From the IMG/VR virus record IMGVR_UViG_3300001605_000024, positions 1 through 64,000 of that record: DNA of 64,000 nucleotides, one strand, 5' to 3'. The stretch comes from an uncultured virus (IMG/VR IMGVR_UViG_3300001605_000024). Lineage: Duplodnaviria; Heunggongvirae; Uroviricota; Caudoviricetes. A program made the translations under genes and the position numbers. Of the stretch, positions 38,752-48,961 are shown in pieces (position 1 is the first letter of the stretch; each line of letters begins with the position of its first letter). A model generated the notes under the pieces. That model saw nothing but the letters and a program-made list of their open reading frames with translations, did not search any database and was not told the origin of the DNA.

Positions 38752-39480
38752 ATGTCCGAATTTAAGTTACCTACCGAAACAATTGAATTACCCTCAAAAG
38801 GTTTACTATACTCCTCTGATAATCCTCTTTCTAGTGGTACTGTAGAAATGAAATACATGACTGCAAAAGAGGAAGATATTTTAACCAACCAATCTTATAT
38901 TCAAAACGGAACTGTTCTAGATAAATTACTCAAATCTTTAATTGTCACTAAAATTAATTATGATGATTTATTAATTGGGGATAAAAACGCTATAATGGTA
39001 GCCGCCCGAGTTTTAGGATATGGTGCTGAATATAAATTTATATACCGTGGAGAAGAAGAAATAGTAGATTTATCTAAAATAGAAAATTCACCCCTACATG
39101 AAGAAGTAACTAAAGCTAAATCTAATGAATTTACTTTCACTTTACCTAACTCAGGTAATATTGTTACTTTTAAATTAATGACCCATGGTGATGAGAAAAA
39201 AATAGAACAAGAATTAAAAGGTTTAAGTAAAATAAACAAAGATAATTCTTCTACAATCACCACCAGATTAAAACATCAAATTCTTTCGGTTAACGGGGAA
39301 ACAGAAAAATCTAAAATCCGAGAATTTATAGACAATTATCTCTTAGCTCAAGACTCAAGAGCATTAAGAGAAAGAATAAAAGAATTAAGTCCGGACGTAG
39401 ATTTAACTTTTTTTCCCGAAAATGGAGATAAACGAGTCGATATCCCAATTGGGCTTAACTTTTTTTGGCCTGACCTCTAA
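38752..39480 (+). CDS. Tail assembly chaperone / T4 gp26-like hub assembly protein
   Basis: IELPSKG, MTAKEEDIL, ends NFFWPDL; lies between tube and tape measure genes. Confidence 0.7.
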   Translation: MSEFKLPTETIELPSKGLLYSSDNPLSSGTVEMKYMTAKEEDILTNQSYIQNGTVLDKLLKSLIVTKINYDDLLIGDKNAIMVAARVLGYGAEYKFIYRGEEEIVDLSKIENSPLHEEVTKAKSNEFTFTLPNSGNIVTFKLMTHGDEKKIEQELKGLSKINKDNSSTITTRLKHQILSVNGETEKSKIREFIDNYLLAQDSRALRERIKELSPDVDLTFFPENGDKRVDIPIGLNFFWPDL

Positions 39481-39760
39481 TACTGCCCCCCAATTTAGAC
39501 TAGCAGTATTTAAACAGATTCATGAAATTGTGTTCCATGGTCAAGGTGGATATGATTGGGGTACAGTTTATAATATGCCGTTATGGCTCCGTAAATTTAC
39601 GTTTAATGAAATCCGTACATACTATGAACAACAAAATGAGACTGTTAAAAAACAACAGTCATCTAATGCCAAAAGCTTAGTTAGCCCTGATGGTACTGTA
39701 AACACTCCTGAATTTTTACAAGCTTCACAACCTTATAAAAATAAAACAAGTTATAAGTAA
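39422..39760 (+). CDS. Downstream (+1) frame of the tail chaperone, probably expressed by frameshift
   Basis: Overlaps the upstream gene across a T7 run; QIHEIVFHGQGGYDW..VYNMP.WLR.F. Confidence 0.65.
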   Translation: MEINESISQLGLTFFGLTSNTAPQFRLAVFKQIHEIVFHGQGGYDWGTVYNMPLWLRKFTFNEIRTYYEQQNETVKKQQSSNAKSLVSPDGTVNTPEFLQASQPYKNKTSYK

Positions 39761-39790
39761 TAATATTTATAACATATACCTTAATAATAT

Positions 39791-41866
39791 ATGGCAAGTC
39801 AGGAAGAATTAGATAATGCTAGAAATTTACGTCAAGAGTTAGATGAAATTTTATTTTTACAACGTAGTTTTGCTGATGAAGCTCTAAAATCCGCAAAGGC
39901 TCTTTTTGATAGTAGTACCCAATCCCGAGCTACTTCTCGAGCTTTTAGAGGTATTGCTAATATCTCTCGAGAAATTAATAGTCAATTAGAAGATTTAATC
40001 TCAGGAGAAAAAACTTATGAAGATTTAATCAAATCCCGAAATAAATTAAAAAAAGAAGAAAATTTTTTATATGTAGAACTCCAACAAGCTTTAAATGCTG
40101 TTACTGATAATCAAGAAGAAATACAAAAAATACTATCAGGCCAATTGACAGTATTAGATTTTGTAGCACAAACAAATAATACAATTAATAATTCTGCTTT
40201 TGATCTTCTTGCTTTATATGACGAACAACTTAAATCCCTTAAAGAACAAGAAGAAGAATTAAATGGGATTGAAACCTCAGTTAAAAATATACAAAAGGGA
40301 ACAGGATTAACTGGAATTATTTTTGAAGGACTTGAAGAAATATCTGATAAATTAGGAGGTTCTAAATTTACTAAAGCTTTAGGATTAGATGAAGCAGTAA
40401 AAGAAGGAAGAATGCTTTCTGCAACTTTAACAGGTGGTGGGTCAAAAGCCGCTTCCTTAGGAGATAAAGCCAAAATAGCAGGAAAAATGTTTGAGGTTGT
40501 AGGTAAAAACTTATTAAAAGCATTAGGTCCTATAACTTTAATAGTTGAATTAGTTAAGGGTATAATGCAAGCCGATAAGGAAACTACGGAATTGCAAAAA
40601 TCAATGGCTTTAACTAAAACTGAAGCTGCAGGATTTAGACTTAATATCGCCTCAGTAGCAGCAGATAGTGGTAATATTAATATTACAGCTTCTAAATTAT
40701 TAGAAACATTTAGTGCTTTAAATAAACAATTTGGTTTTATAACTAACTTTGCTACTGATACCTTAGTTACAATGACTAAATTAACTAAAGTAGTTGGAGT
40801 TAGTTCTGAATCCGCTGGAAATTTAGCCGCGGCTTCCGAACGTACAGGGACAAGCTTTGAGTCCAACTATAAAGATGTATTAGCTACTAGTTACCAACTC
40901 CAAAGGCAATCGGGAGTTCAAATGGATTTAAGAGATATTTTAGAACAAACCGGTAAAGTAACAGGTACTGTTAGAGCTAATTTAAGTGCTAATCCCTCTC
41001 AAATTGCTAAAGCAATAACTCAAGCTAAATTATTTGGTGCTTCTTTACAAGATGTAGCAAACGCTAGTAAGTCTTTACTTGACTTTGAATCCTCTATTAC
41101 CGCGGAATTAGAAGCAGAACTATTATTAGGTAAAAATATAAATCTCGAAAGAGCAAGAGCAGCAGCTTTAGCAGGAGATCAAGTCACATTAGCTCAAGAA
41201 TTACAAAAACAAGCTGGTAACTTCTCCGACTTTACCAAAATGAATGTTATCCAGCAAGAAGCATTAGCTAAAGCTATGGGAATGACTTCTGACCAATTAG
41301 CTGATATTTTGTTTCAACAAGAAGTACAAGGTAAATCTGCTAAAGAATTACGAGCATTAGGTAAAGAAGATTTAGCCCAAAGAGTAGAAGCTCAAGATCT
41401 CCAAACTAAATTTAATGCTACTGTAGAAAAATTACAAGCTATTTTTGCAGATGTAGGTACTGCTTTTATGCCGGTGTTGCAAGGTTTTGGAGCCGCTTTA
41501 TCTTTAGTGGGAGCAATAGTAGGATTATTAGGAGATCTTATTAATTTATTTAGAGGAGACTTTGATTTCTCTGGATTAACTAGTGGATTAAAAGGAGTAG
41601 CAGGATCTTTAGGTTTTTCTACCGCGGATGATGCTATAATGCCTGCAGGCTATGGTGATACTATAATTAGAAAAGGTAAAGATACTATAGCATTAAACAA
41701 CAATGATACCGTTATAGCCGGCACTAATTTAGGAGGAGATGGAAACCAAGAAACAAAACTCACCAACCAATTACTAGAAAGATTATTAAATCAACCCGCA
41801 GTATTTAAAATCGGAACCGATGAATTCTATACCGCTACCTCAAAATATAGCTATCAAATTCAGTAA
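39791..41866 (+). CDS. Tape measure protein
   Basis: 691 aa, Ala/Leu/Gln-rich and helical; LLDFESSI.AELEA.LL.G..INLERAR.AAL.GD; synteny. Confidence 0.85.
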   Translation: MASQEELDNARNLRQELDEILFLQRSFADEALKSAKALFDSSTQSRATSRAFRGIANISREINSQLEDLISGEKTYEDLIKSRNKLKKEENFLYVELQQALNAVTDNQEEIQKILSGQLTVLDFVAQTNNTINNSAFDLLALYDEQLKSLKEQEEELNGIETSVKNIQKGTGLTGIIFEGLEEISDKLGGSKFTKALGLDEAVKEGRMLSATLTGGGSKAASLGDKAKIAGKMFEVVGKNLLKALGPITLIVELVKGIMQADKETTELQKSMALTKTEAAGFRLNIASVAADSGNINITASKLLETFSALNKQFGFITNFATDTLVTMTKLTKVVGVSSESAGNLAAASERTGTSFESNYKDVLATSYQLQRQSGVQMDLRDILEQTGKVTGTVRANLSANPSQIAKAITQAKLFGASLQDVANASKSLLDFESSITAELEAELLLGKNINLERARAAALAGDQVTLAQELQKQAGNFSDFTKMNVIQQEALAKAMGMTSDQLADILFQQEVQGKSAKELRALGKEDLAQRVEAQDLQTKFNATVEKLQAIFADVGTAFMPVLQGFGAALSLVGAIVGLLGDLINLFRGDFDFSGLTSGLKGVAGSLGFSTADDAIMPAGYGDTIIRKGKDTIALNNNDTVIAGTNLGGDGNQETKLTNQLLERLLNQPAVFKIGTDEFYTATSKYSYQIQ

Positions 41867-41903
41867 TATTTAATATTTATAATAAAATCAAACCACATAT
41901 AAA

Positions 41904-42083
41904 ATGGCATTATTAGAAAAATTACAAAAAGAAGGTACTGTATTAACTCCATTAAGAGGTAATAAACCTAAATCTACTCTAGTTAAAGATGTAATCCAAG
42001 TAAATAAAACCTTCTCTAAAGGTACATATCAAGATTATGTCCTTAATACTGAAAGATCTAAGGATATTACTGGTAACGGATAA
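41904..42083 (+). CDS. Small tail-module protein (59 aa), absent from the ORF track
   Basis: MALLEKLQKEGTVLTPLRG...DITGNG*; preceded by ATATTTATA at 41873. Confidence 0.7.
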   Translation: MALLEKLQKEGTVLTPLRGNKPKSTLVKDVIQVNKTFSKGTYQDYVLNTERSKDITGNG

Positions 42084-42088
42084 TATAA

Positions 42089-44074
42089 ATGGCGTTAATA
42101 AGTCAAAGAACCAACCTTAAATCTTTACGATACGGAAAAGATAGAGTAGGTGGGGGGGATAGTAATCAACCTTACATTAAATCCCCAATTCCTGATAACT
42201 CTAAAAGTCTAGGTCGTGATGGAGGAACTGACTTCCTTTTACGAGGAGGTACCTTAACTCCTTCTAGATCTGCTCAAGACGTATCTAGATTAACTAAAAT
42301 GTTCTTTGATTTTAAATCTCCAAATGGAGTATTATTTACTGCTAAACAAAATTTATTATCTAGAACCGGAGTAAAAACTCAAGCTAGTGGTATTTTAAAT
42401 GAAGGGATATATTTACCTACTTCAACAATATTACAAGCAGGAGGTAATGCTTTTGGGACTCATTTATTAAAACAAGGAACAAATCCTTTTAGAAACACCT
42501 CTTCTGAAGATAACATAGGCAGTTTATTTGGATTACGTGATCCTTTAGGATCGCCGGTATACACCCAAACTGTTAAAAGTTCTCAATCTTTAAAATCTAA
42601 TAGATTAGTTCAATTAGCAAATAGAAAATTAGGGATATCACCTAATCCTCTCCCATCTTCGCAAGGTATTCTAGCTTCTCTTGGAGGAGTTGCTACTTCT
42701 CTTATAGGAGGATTAATATCTACAGTTTCTAACATCATACCCCTATCATCTAATTCTTCAATCTCTCCTAACTCTACTGAAATTTTAAAATATGGAGGAG
42801 GACCAGGTTCAGTTTTAGGTATAGGACAAACTATTATAAAAAGATATAGTGATACTAAACAAGGAGAAACTGATAGTAAAAATCCTGCTTATGATAAAAA
42901 ATATTATGGTATAACAAGTTTTTCAAAGATTACCCCTACATTAACTAGTGAAAAAGGTGTTTTTAATTTAAGAAATCCATATCAATATACTAATACCAAT
43001 GATGGTTTAGATTTTAATAAAGTAGGAAATGATATTTTTAAAGGTAAATATTATGTTTTAGATTCTAAAACTATTTTTAATAAAACAAAATCTGAACTCT
43101 CTTCAGAGAATACTCAAATATCTGATTTTAGAAAAAGTATTCTACCGCAACAAACTTCCGGCTTAAAGAAAAATATATTATCCAAATCTCCAGATTACTT
43201 CGCAAATAGAATTGAAACTCGAGTTAATTTAGGAGACCCAGGTAAGAGGAATAAAAATGTTTCTAGTTATCGTTTAGGATTAGGTGAACCCTTAGATAAA
43301 ATTACTTCATATCCTTTATATAAATCTTCTGATCCTAATATTACTAGTGATACTAATGATTTAGTTAAATTTAGAATTGGTATTATAAATAATGATAATC
43401 CTAATAAAAAAGTATACATTCATTTCCGTGCCTTTTTAGATGCTATGGATGATAATTACGCTGCTGAATGGAATGGGTTTAAGTACATGGGTAGAGGTGA
43501 AAATTTCTATAGATATAATGGGTTTACTCGTACTATAAATTTAGGTTGGACAGTAGCAGCCCAATCCAAAGACGAATTGATTCCTATGTATCAAAAATTA
43601 AACTATTTAGCATCTTCATTAACTCCTGATTATTCTTATTTTGGTTATATGAGAGGTAATTTAGCCACTTTAACCATAGGAGGTTATTTATATGAACAAC
43701 CTGGAATAATAACTTCCATAAATTATTCAGTTCCTCAGGAATCTCCATGGGAAATTGGGATAAGTGATAATCAAAAAGATAGAGTTATCAATGATACATC
43801 AGTCAAAGAATTGCCCCATATTATTAAGGTAACAGGATTTCAATTTATACCTATTCATAATTTTGTACCTAAATTACAACAAAATACTTATATGCCTGAA
43901 GTTGATACTATAAATACTGGAATTAGTAAAAATAAAGTAGGTGTAGATGTTTATGGAAATGAAAGGTATATAGCTTTGGCTAATGGTATTGGTACTTCTT
44001 TTAATAATTATGATGATGAATTATACAGAGGAGGAGGGAGTATTGAATTTGATCCTACTACAACTTTTAATTAA
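42089..44074 (+). CDS. Baseplate/tube-initiator-like structural protein
   Basis: C-terminal IHFRAFL...W...YMGRGE.FY.Y.GF.R...LTIGG...QPGII; synteny. Confidence 0.6.
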   Translation: MALISQRTNLKSLRYGKDRVGGGDSNQPYIKSPIPDNSKSLGRDGGTDFLLRGGTLTPSRSAQDVSRLTKMFFDFKSPNGVLFTAKQNLLSRTGVKTQASGILNEGIYLPTSTILQAGGNAFGTHLLKQGTNPFRNTSSEDNIGSLFGLRDPLGSPVYTQTVKSSQSLKSNRLVQLANRKLGISPNPLPSSQGILASLGGVATSLIGGLISTVSNIIPLSSNSSISPNSTEILKYGGGPGSVLGIGQTIIKRYSDTKQGETDSKNPAYDKKYYGITSFSKITPTLTSEKGVFNLRNPYQYTNTNDGLDFNKVGNDIFKGKYYVLDSKTIFNKTKSELSSENTQISDFRKSILPQQTSGLKKNILSKSPDYFANRIETRVNLGDPGKRNKNVSSYRLGLGEPLDKITSYPLYKSSDPNITSDTNDLVKFRIGIINNDNPNKKVYIHFRAFLDAMDDNYAAEWNGFKYMGRGENFYRYNGFTRTINLGWTVAAQSKDELIPMYQKLNYLASSLTPDYSYFGYMRGNLATLTIGGYLYEQPGIITSINYSVPQESPWEIGISDNQKDRVINDTSVKELPHIIKVTGFQFIPIHNFVPKLQQNTYMPEVDTINTGISKNKVGVDVYGNERYIALANGIGTSFNNYDDELYRGGGSIEFDPTTTFN

Positions 44075-44076
44075 AT

Positions 44077-44379
44077 ATGAATCGTTACAAAGATACACCT
44101 GTTTTTAAAAATACTGATGGAAAACGATATTACGGTACAACCAAATATCCTGATATTCCTTTGAGTTTTAATGATATTTACGTATATTCTACCATAGGTG
44201 ATAGATTTGATATATTAGCACAGCAATATTATAGTGATGCCTCTTTATGGTGGGTAATTTCAATAGCAAATACTAATTTGGTCCAAGGCTCATATTTTAT
44301 ACCTGAAGGATCTCAAATCCGCATACCCTCTAATATAGCTTCTATATTAAGTCAATATAATACATTAAACTCAATTTAA
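44077..44379 (+). CDS. LysM-like baseplate wedge protein (P2 X / gp53-like)
   Basis: GDRFDILA.QYY.D.SLWWVI..AN...G.QIRIP. Confidence 0.75.
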   Translation: MNRYKDTPVFKNTDGKRYYGTTKYPDIPLSFNDIYVYSTIGDRFDILAQQYYSDASLWWVISIANTNLVQGSYFIPEGSQIRIPSNIASILSQYNTLNSI

Positions 44380-44382
44380 GTT

Positions 44383-47300
44383 ATGACTGGGAATATAATA
44401 GGAGAAGAATTTGATGATTTCGTACGAGATCAAATTAATATAAGACAATCTAATCAATTTGGAGGATATAAAGATATTCTTCGCACTCCAGAACAATTAC
44501 AATATTTAAATAATAGAAATGCCTGGGTAAAATTAGCTTCTTCGGTTAGTGTGTTAGTAGATACTATAACCGGTGTTACACTTGAAGATTTTATCTCCTC
44601 TAAACTTAAAAAAATTAATATACCTAACCCAGAAAATTATCTGGGCACTCAACTAGCTGAAAAAGCTGTATTATTTAACTCTCTCTCTTCATATATTCCC
44701 TCAAGTGGTTCTTTTGGTGATTTCAGAGCAGGAATATCTAATGACTCAAGTTTATGGAATAATTCCGCTTATGGGCTAGGAGGAGTTAATTATGGACTCC
44801 AACCTCCCCCAGGTATAATAAATGTTCAAGTAGATTCACTTAATCGAGGTTCTATTCGAAAGGCTAATATTACTTTAAAAGCTCACAACAAATTCCAATT
44901 TGACATTATTGAATTACTTTATTTAAGATTAGGTTTTACAATGATGTTAGAGTGGGGATGGGGCAAGTATCTTGATAATATGGGCCAACTTCAAGATGTT
45001 AGAAATACTATAATAGAAGATAGATGGTTTAAAGATAGTAATACTTCTCAATTAGATATGCTTAAAATCATAGAAGAAATGAAACTAGCTTACGCCGGTA
45101 ACTATGATGGATTTTTTGGTAAAGTATCTAATTTTACTTGGAATTTTAACCCCGATGGATCTTATGATATTAGTATTGATTTAATAACTCTAGGAGATGT
45201 TATTGAATCTTTAAAAGTTAACTTATCTTCAGATTCTAGTTTTAGAGAAATTAAATCATCTCCAGAAATCCAAGAAACCCAAACTGTCAATCTTCCTGGT
45301 ATAAATGATACTAAGTTTAAGAATTTACTAGAAACTCCCATTATAAAGGCTGCTACTCTTAATTCATTAGGATTTTTCTTATATGAAAAAATAAGAAATT
45401 TTCCAGAAAATTCTAATTATTTTACATTTAAAAATATTCAAAGTTTAAAAGATACTTCAATCACTCTAGGAGGAGAAGGTTTTAATGTTCGGGGAGTAGC
45501 TTCTAAAGTTTCATATATCACTTCTATTTCAGATCAATACTCATATTATATCAGATTAGGAGAGTTATTATCTCAATTAGAGATATTTGTTATTCCTACT
45601 GTGAATAATGGTTCTACTTCTACTCTTCAATTGCAAATAGAAAAAGATATTGAGAATAATCTTATTTCATATTTTCCTAATCAAATCTCTTTAGATCCTA
45701 GAGTTTGTATATTTAAACCTTCGTTAAATACTTACGGAGATATAACAGGAATAAGAAATGATTTGGATTTATTATCTTTAGAAGATTATATTCAAACAGA
45801 AGATACTAATAATTATCAATATGGAAAGTTAATGAATATTTATATTAACTTTAATTTCATTTCTGAATTATTATTATCTAATGGTGGCCCCGATCAAACT
45901 TTATCCTTATATAAATTTTTACAAGATTTATGTAATAATATAAATAATTCTTTAGGAGGAGTAAATAAATTAGAACCGGTTGTAAAAGATGATTATTTAA
46001 TTACTATAATAGATCAAACTTTTTCAAAAATAAATATTAAACCTAAAGATATAACTACTTTAGAGATATATGGGTATAATCCAAATAATTCTACTTCTAA
46101 TTTTGTCAAAGATATAAGATTCCAATCAAAAATCACCCCACAATTAGCTTCTATGATCAGCATAGGAGCTACAGCTGCCGGCAGTTCTACTAGAACTACA
46201 GATGGAACTGCTTTTTCAAAATGGAGTGAAGGATTACAAGATAGATTTACTCAAAAAATAACTGACCCCCCAGGATATACACAATATCAAACTGAAAAAA
46301 CAAAACAAGAAACAGAAAATCAAAGAGATAAATTAACAAAAAAATTTTTTACATTCCTTGAACCTCTAGATAAATCTACCGGAGCAGGAGGAAGAGGAGG
46401 AGGTAGTGGACGACCCCCAATTAAAGGAACTCCAACATTAGNGCAGGTAATCAATTACCCGGGTTTAAAACAAGGTACAATAATGACTCTTGAAGAATTT
46501 ATCCCGGCTGCTATAGAAGCAGATAAAATTAGGATATCTAAAGGTGAATATTTTGAAGATGAATTAAAAGAACTAACTGACAGTAATTTTGCTGCTTATT
46601 TAATTTTTGCTTTTGGGGGAGTATCTAATAAAGTTAGTATTTTAGATAAAAATAATAAATCTAGACCTTTAGTAGTTCCGAGTTTACCCCAAACTCGTTA
46701 TTTAGAATTTGATGATACTTTCATATCCCAAGGAAAATATGCTTATAAAAATTACATAAATATATTAAATAATGAAAGATTTCAAGAAGAAAAAACTCCA
46801 TCAAGCGAAATAGGTTTCATCCCCTTATCTTTTGATTTAACCTTAGATGGTATATCCGGTATAAAAATCTATAATAAGCTTAATATTAATAATGAATTTT
46901 TACCTTCCAACTATCCTGAATCTTTAAAATTTATTATAACTAAAGTAAACCATACTATTTCAAATAATAGTTGGGATACTTCATTATCTACTATATCTAT
47001 ACCAGTTACAAAACCTTATAAATTTAATATATCACTTAACCAATCAATCTCCCCAACGTCATCTACTGTTGAATCTCTTACTCCTATTAAAGAACTTAAG
47101 GGGCAACTTCAACCTCTTAAAAATATAATAGGGGCATATGAAAGTAACAACAAATATGATATTGCTAATATTAATTCAAGTGGTATTCGTTCTAATACTA
47201 GGATTTTAAATTTATCATTTAGGGAACTAGAAAAATTTCAGAAACTCTCCTTAAATGATGGCAATAGGGTATTTGGTGCGGGTAAATATCAAATTACTCC

Positions 47301-47703
47301 CCCAATTATGAGTAAGGCCAAAACTGTTTTAAATCTAGGTCCTAATGACCTCTTTTCAGAAGAAATCCAAGAAAAAATGGCCGATTATATCCTTTTAGGT
47401 GAGCGTAAGGAACTAGGAAAATATTTAAAAGGAGCAAATAGTGGGAATATTTTTGAACTAGAACAAGCCATCCAAGAATTAGGACAAGAATTTGCCTCAA
47501 TGCCTATAATATATAATAAACAAAAACAAAAAATAGGAAATGTTGAAACCGGACAAGGGCAAAATGCTTATTATGGTGGAGAAGGAGCCAATCCTTATAA
47601 ATCTAAAATAAGTATAAAAGAAATAACCAGAATATTAGTTCAAACTCGTATAAACTATTCTAGCAAAGTTCCAATATTTATCCCCGCATATTATACCTCA
47701 TAA
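44383..47703 (+). CDS. Baseplate hub protein with a C-terminal lysozyme-like domain
   Basis: PPPGI, LRLGFTMMLEWGW, LDGISGI; C-terminal YES...GAGKYQ...F..E.QE; one N at 46442. Confidence 0.65.
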   Translation: MTGNIIGEEFDDFVRDQINIRQSNQFGGYKDILRTPEQLQYLNNRNAWVKLASSVSVLVDTITGVTLEDFISSKLKKINIPNPENYLGTQLAEKAVLFNSLSSYIPSSGSFGDFRAGISNDSSLWNNSAYGLGGVNYGLQPPPGIINVQVDSLNRGSIRKANITLKAHNKFQFDIIELLYLRLGFTMMLEWGWGKYLDNMGQLQDVRNTIIEDRWFKDSNTSQLDMLKIIEEMKLAYAGNYDGFFGKVSNFTWNFNPDGSYDISIDLITLGDVIESLKVNLSSDSSFREIKSSPEIQETQTVNLPGINDTKFKNLLETPIIKAATLNSLGFFLYEKIRNFPENSNYFTFKNIQSLKDTSITLGGEGFNVRGVASKVSYITSISDQYSYYIRLGELLSQLEIFVIPTVNNGSTSTLQLQIEKDIENNLISYFPNQISLDPRVCIFKPSLNTYGDITGIRNDLDLLSLEDYIQTEDTNNYQYGKLMNIYINFNFISELLLSNGGPDQTLSLYKFLQDLCNNINNSLGGVNKLEPVVKDDYLITIIDQTFSKINIKPKDITTLEIYGYNPNNSTSNFVKDIRFQSKITPQLASMISIGATAAGSSTRTTDGTAFSKWSEGLQDRFTQKITDPPGYTQYQTEKTKQETENQRDKLTKKFFTFLEPLDKSTGAGGRGGGSGRPPIKGTPTLXQVINYPGLKQGTIMTLEEFIPAAIEADKIRISKGEYFEDELKELTDSNFAAYLIFAFGGVSNKVSILDKNNKSRPLVVPSLPQTRYLEFDDTFISQGKYAYKNYINILNNERFQEEKTPSSEIGFIPLSFDLTLDGISGIKIYNKLNINNEFLPSNYPESLKFIITKVNHTISNNSWDTSLSTISIPVTKPYKFNISLNQSISPTSSTVESLTPIKELKGQLQPLKNIIGAYESNNKYDIANINSSGIRSNTRILNLSFRELEKFQKLSLNDGNRVFGAGKYQITPPIMSKAKTVLNLGPNDLFSEEIQEKMADYILLGERKELGKYLKGANSGNIFELEQAIQELGQEFASMPIIYNKQKQKIGNVETGQGQNAYYGGEGANPYKSKISIKEITRILVQTRINYSSKVPIFIPAYYTS

Positions 47704-47706
47704 TAA

Positions 47707-48306
47707 ATGTACTACCCAAAATCCCAAATAAAAACTAGTTTATATACCAATGGAGGAGAATTTGTTTTAAGAAGCAATTCTTCCTCCTATAAGGGATATT
47801 ATTATGAAACCTCTAATGAAAGATATTTTACAGGACAAAACCCCAACGAATCTCCTTCGTTTGAATTAATTAAAATAACTACTTCTTCTAATATTAATAT
47901 ACAATCAACTTCCTCAGAAAATAATTATTACCTGCTAGAAAAAGAATATACTAGGGCTGCACGTCTATCCTTCCCTCAATCTCCCCCTTCACCCCCTAAA
48001 CAATCCTATCCTCTACCTACTGAAAATGATTATAAATTAGGAGAATTTCAAAGATATTTTGTTAAAAAGGGTAATGAACCTAAATTTATAGAAATATCTA
48101 AAGAAGATTATCTTAAATACCTAAATCAAGACAGAGATGTAATGTTTGAGCTTTACACCCCAATTCAAATAAGTTGGATATTAACTGGAGATAAAGATCA
48201 AGTTTACAAAATAAACCAAAGCATAGTAGCTAGGATGGAACTTAAACAAAACCTACCAGGATTTACAAACTACTTTAAAAATAGATTTACCCAATTCTGC
48301 AAATAG
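47707..48306 (+). CDS. Conserved tail-module hypothetical protein
   Basis: MYYPKSQI...YT.GGEF...Y.GYY; GEFQRYF.KK; W.LTG. Confidence 0.6.
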   Translation: MYYPKSQIKTSLYTNGGEFVLRSNSSSYKGYYYETSNERYFTGQNPNESPSFELIKITTSSNINIQSTSSENNYYLLEKEYTRAARLSFPQSPPSPPKQSYPLPTENDYKLGEFQRYFVKKGNEPKFIEISKEDYLKYLNQDRDVMFELYTPIQISWILTGDKDQVYKINQSIVARMELKQNLPGFTNYFKNRFTQFCK

Positions 48307-48366
48307 GTTTGGCATTCCTAATCTTTTTTCTTATATTTATAACAAATATTTAACATTTACGCAAAC

Positions 48367-48897
48367 ATGGCAAAGCAAATATTAAATGAAGAATTCCTAA
48401 GAATGCGAAAATTAGCAGGATTGCTAAATGAAGAACAACTAGATTTTAATTCTGAACTAGATTCTTTCTTTAAAAGTAATCCGGTTAATGAAAAAAATAA
48501 ATATTATGTAGAGGATTTAGCTAAAAAACATATTGAAAATATAGCTAATCGTCCTTTAACTCCCCAAGAAAAATCCAAAATTACAAAAATATCAAACATT
48601 TATCGTAATAAGTATTATGATGAAAGATTTGAAACCAACTATAAAGAAGAAGAAGATTCAAGAAAAGCTCGTTACCAAAATAATTTTTTACCCCTAACAA
48701 CCGATAATGGGAGAGGAACTCCGGATAAAAAATATTATAAATATGCTATATCTTATAATGAATATGATAAAGATGGGGATTTAATAGGTACTTTTCATCA
48801 AGATCCTAAAAGTGGGTATACCAATTATAAATTAAAAGATGAATGGATTAACACCCCTGTTCCTAAAGATATTTTAGATAAATATTGGAGAAAATAA
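48367..48897 (+). CDS. Putative head-internal protein with EEFLRMRKLAGL leader
   Basis: Leader shared with 2855 and 3189; TTTG 48308-N20-TATATTTATA upstream. Confidence 0.6.
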   Translation: MAKQILNEEFLRMRKLAGLLNEEQLDFNSELDSFFKSNPVNEKNKYYVEDLAKKHIENIANRPLTPQEKSKITKISNIYRNKYYDERFETNYKEEEDSRKARYQNNFLPLTTDNGRGTPDKKYYKYAISYNEYDKDGDLIGTFHQDPKSGYTNYKLKDEWINTPVPKDILDKYWRK

Positions 48898-48911
48898 ATT
48901 CTACAAATAAC

Positions 48912-48935
48912 TAGGCTCTTCACAAGAGCCTTCTT
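48912..48935 (+). terminator. Hairpin/terminator before the polymerase gene
   Basis: AGGCTCTT-CAC-AAGAGCCT followed by TCTT and TATATTTA. Confidence 0.6.
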
Positions 48936-48961
48936 ATATTTACGACAAATAAAGGTTACAA

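Noticed and set aside
21811..46442. Ambiguous N bases at 21811 and 46442
   Set aside because: Single unresolved bases that keep the frame; they are sequencing or population ambiguity, not biology.
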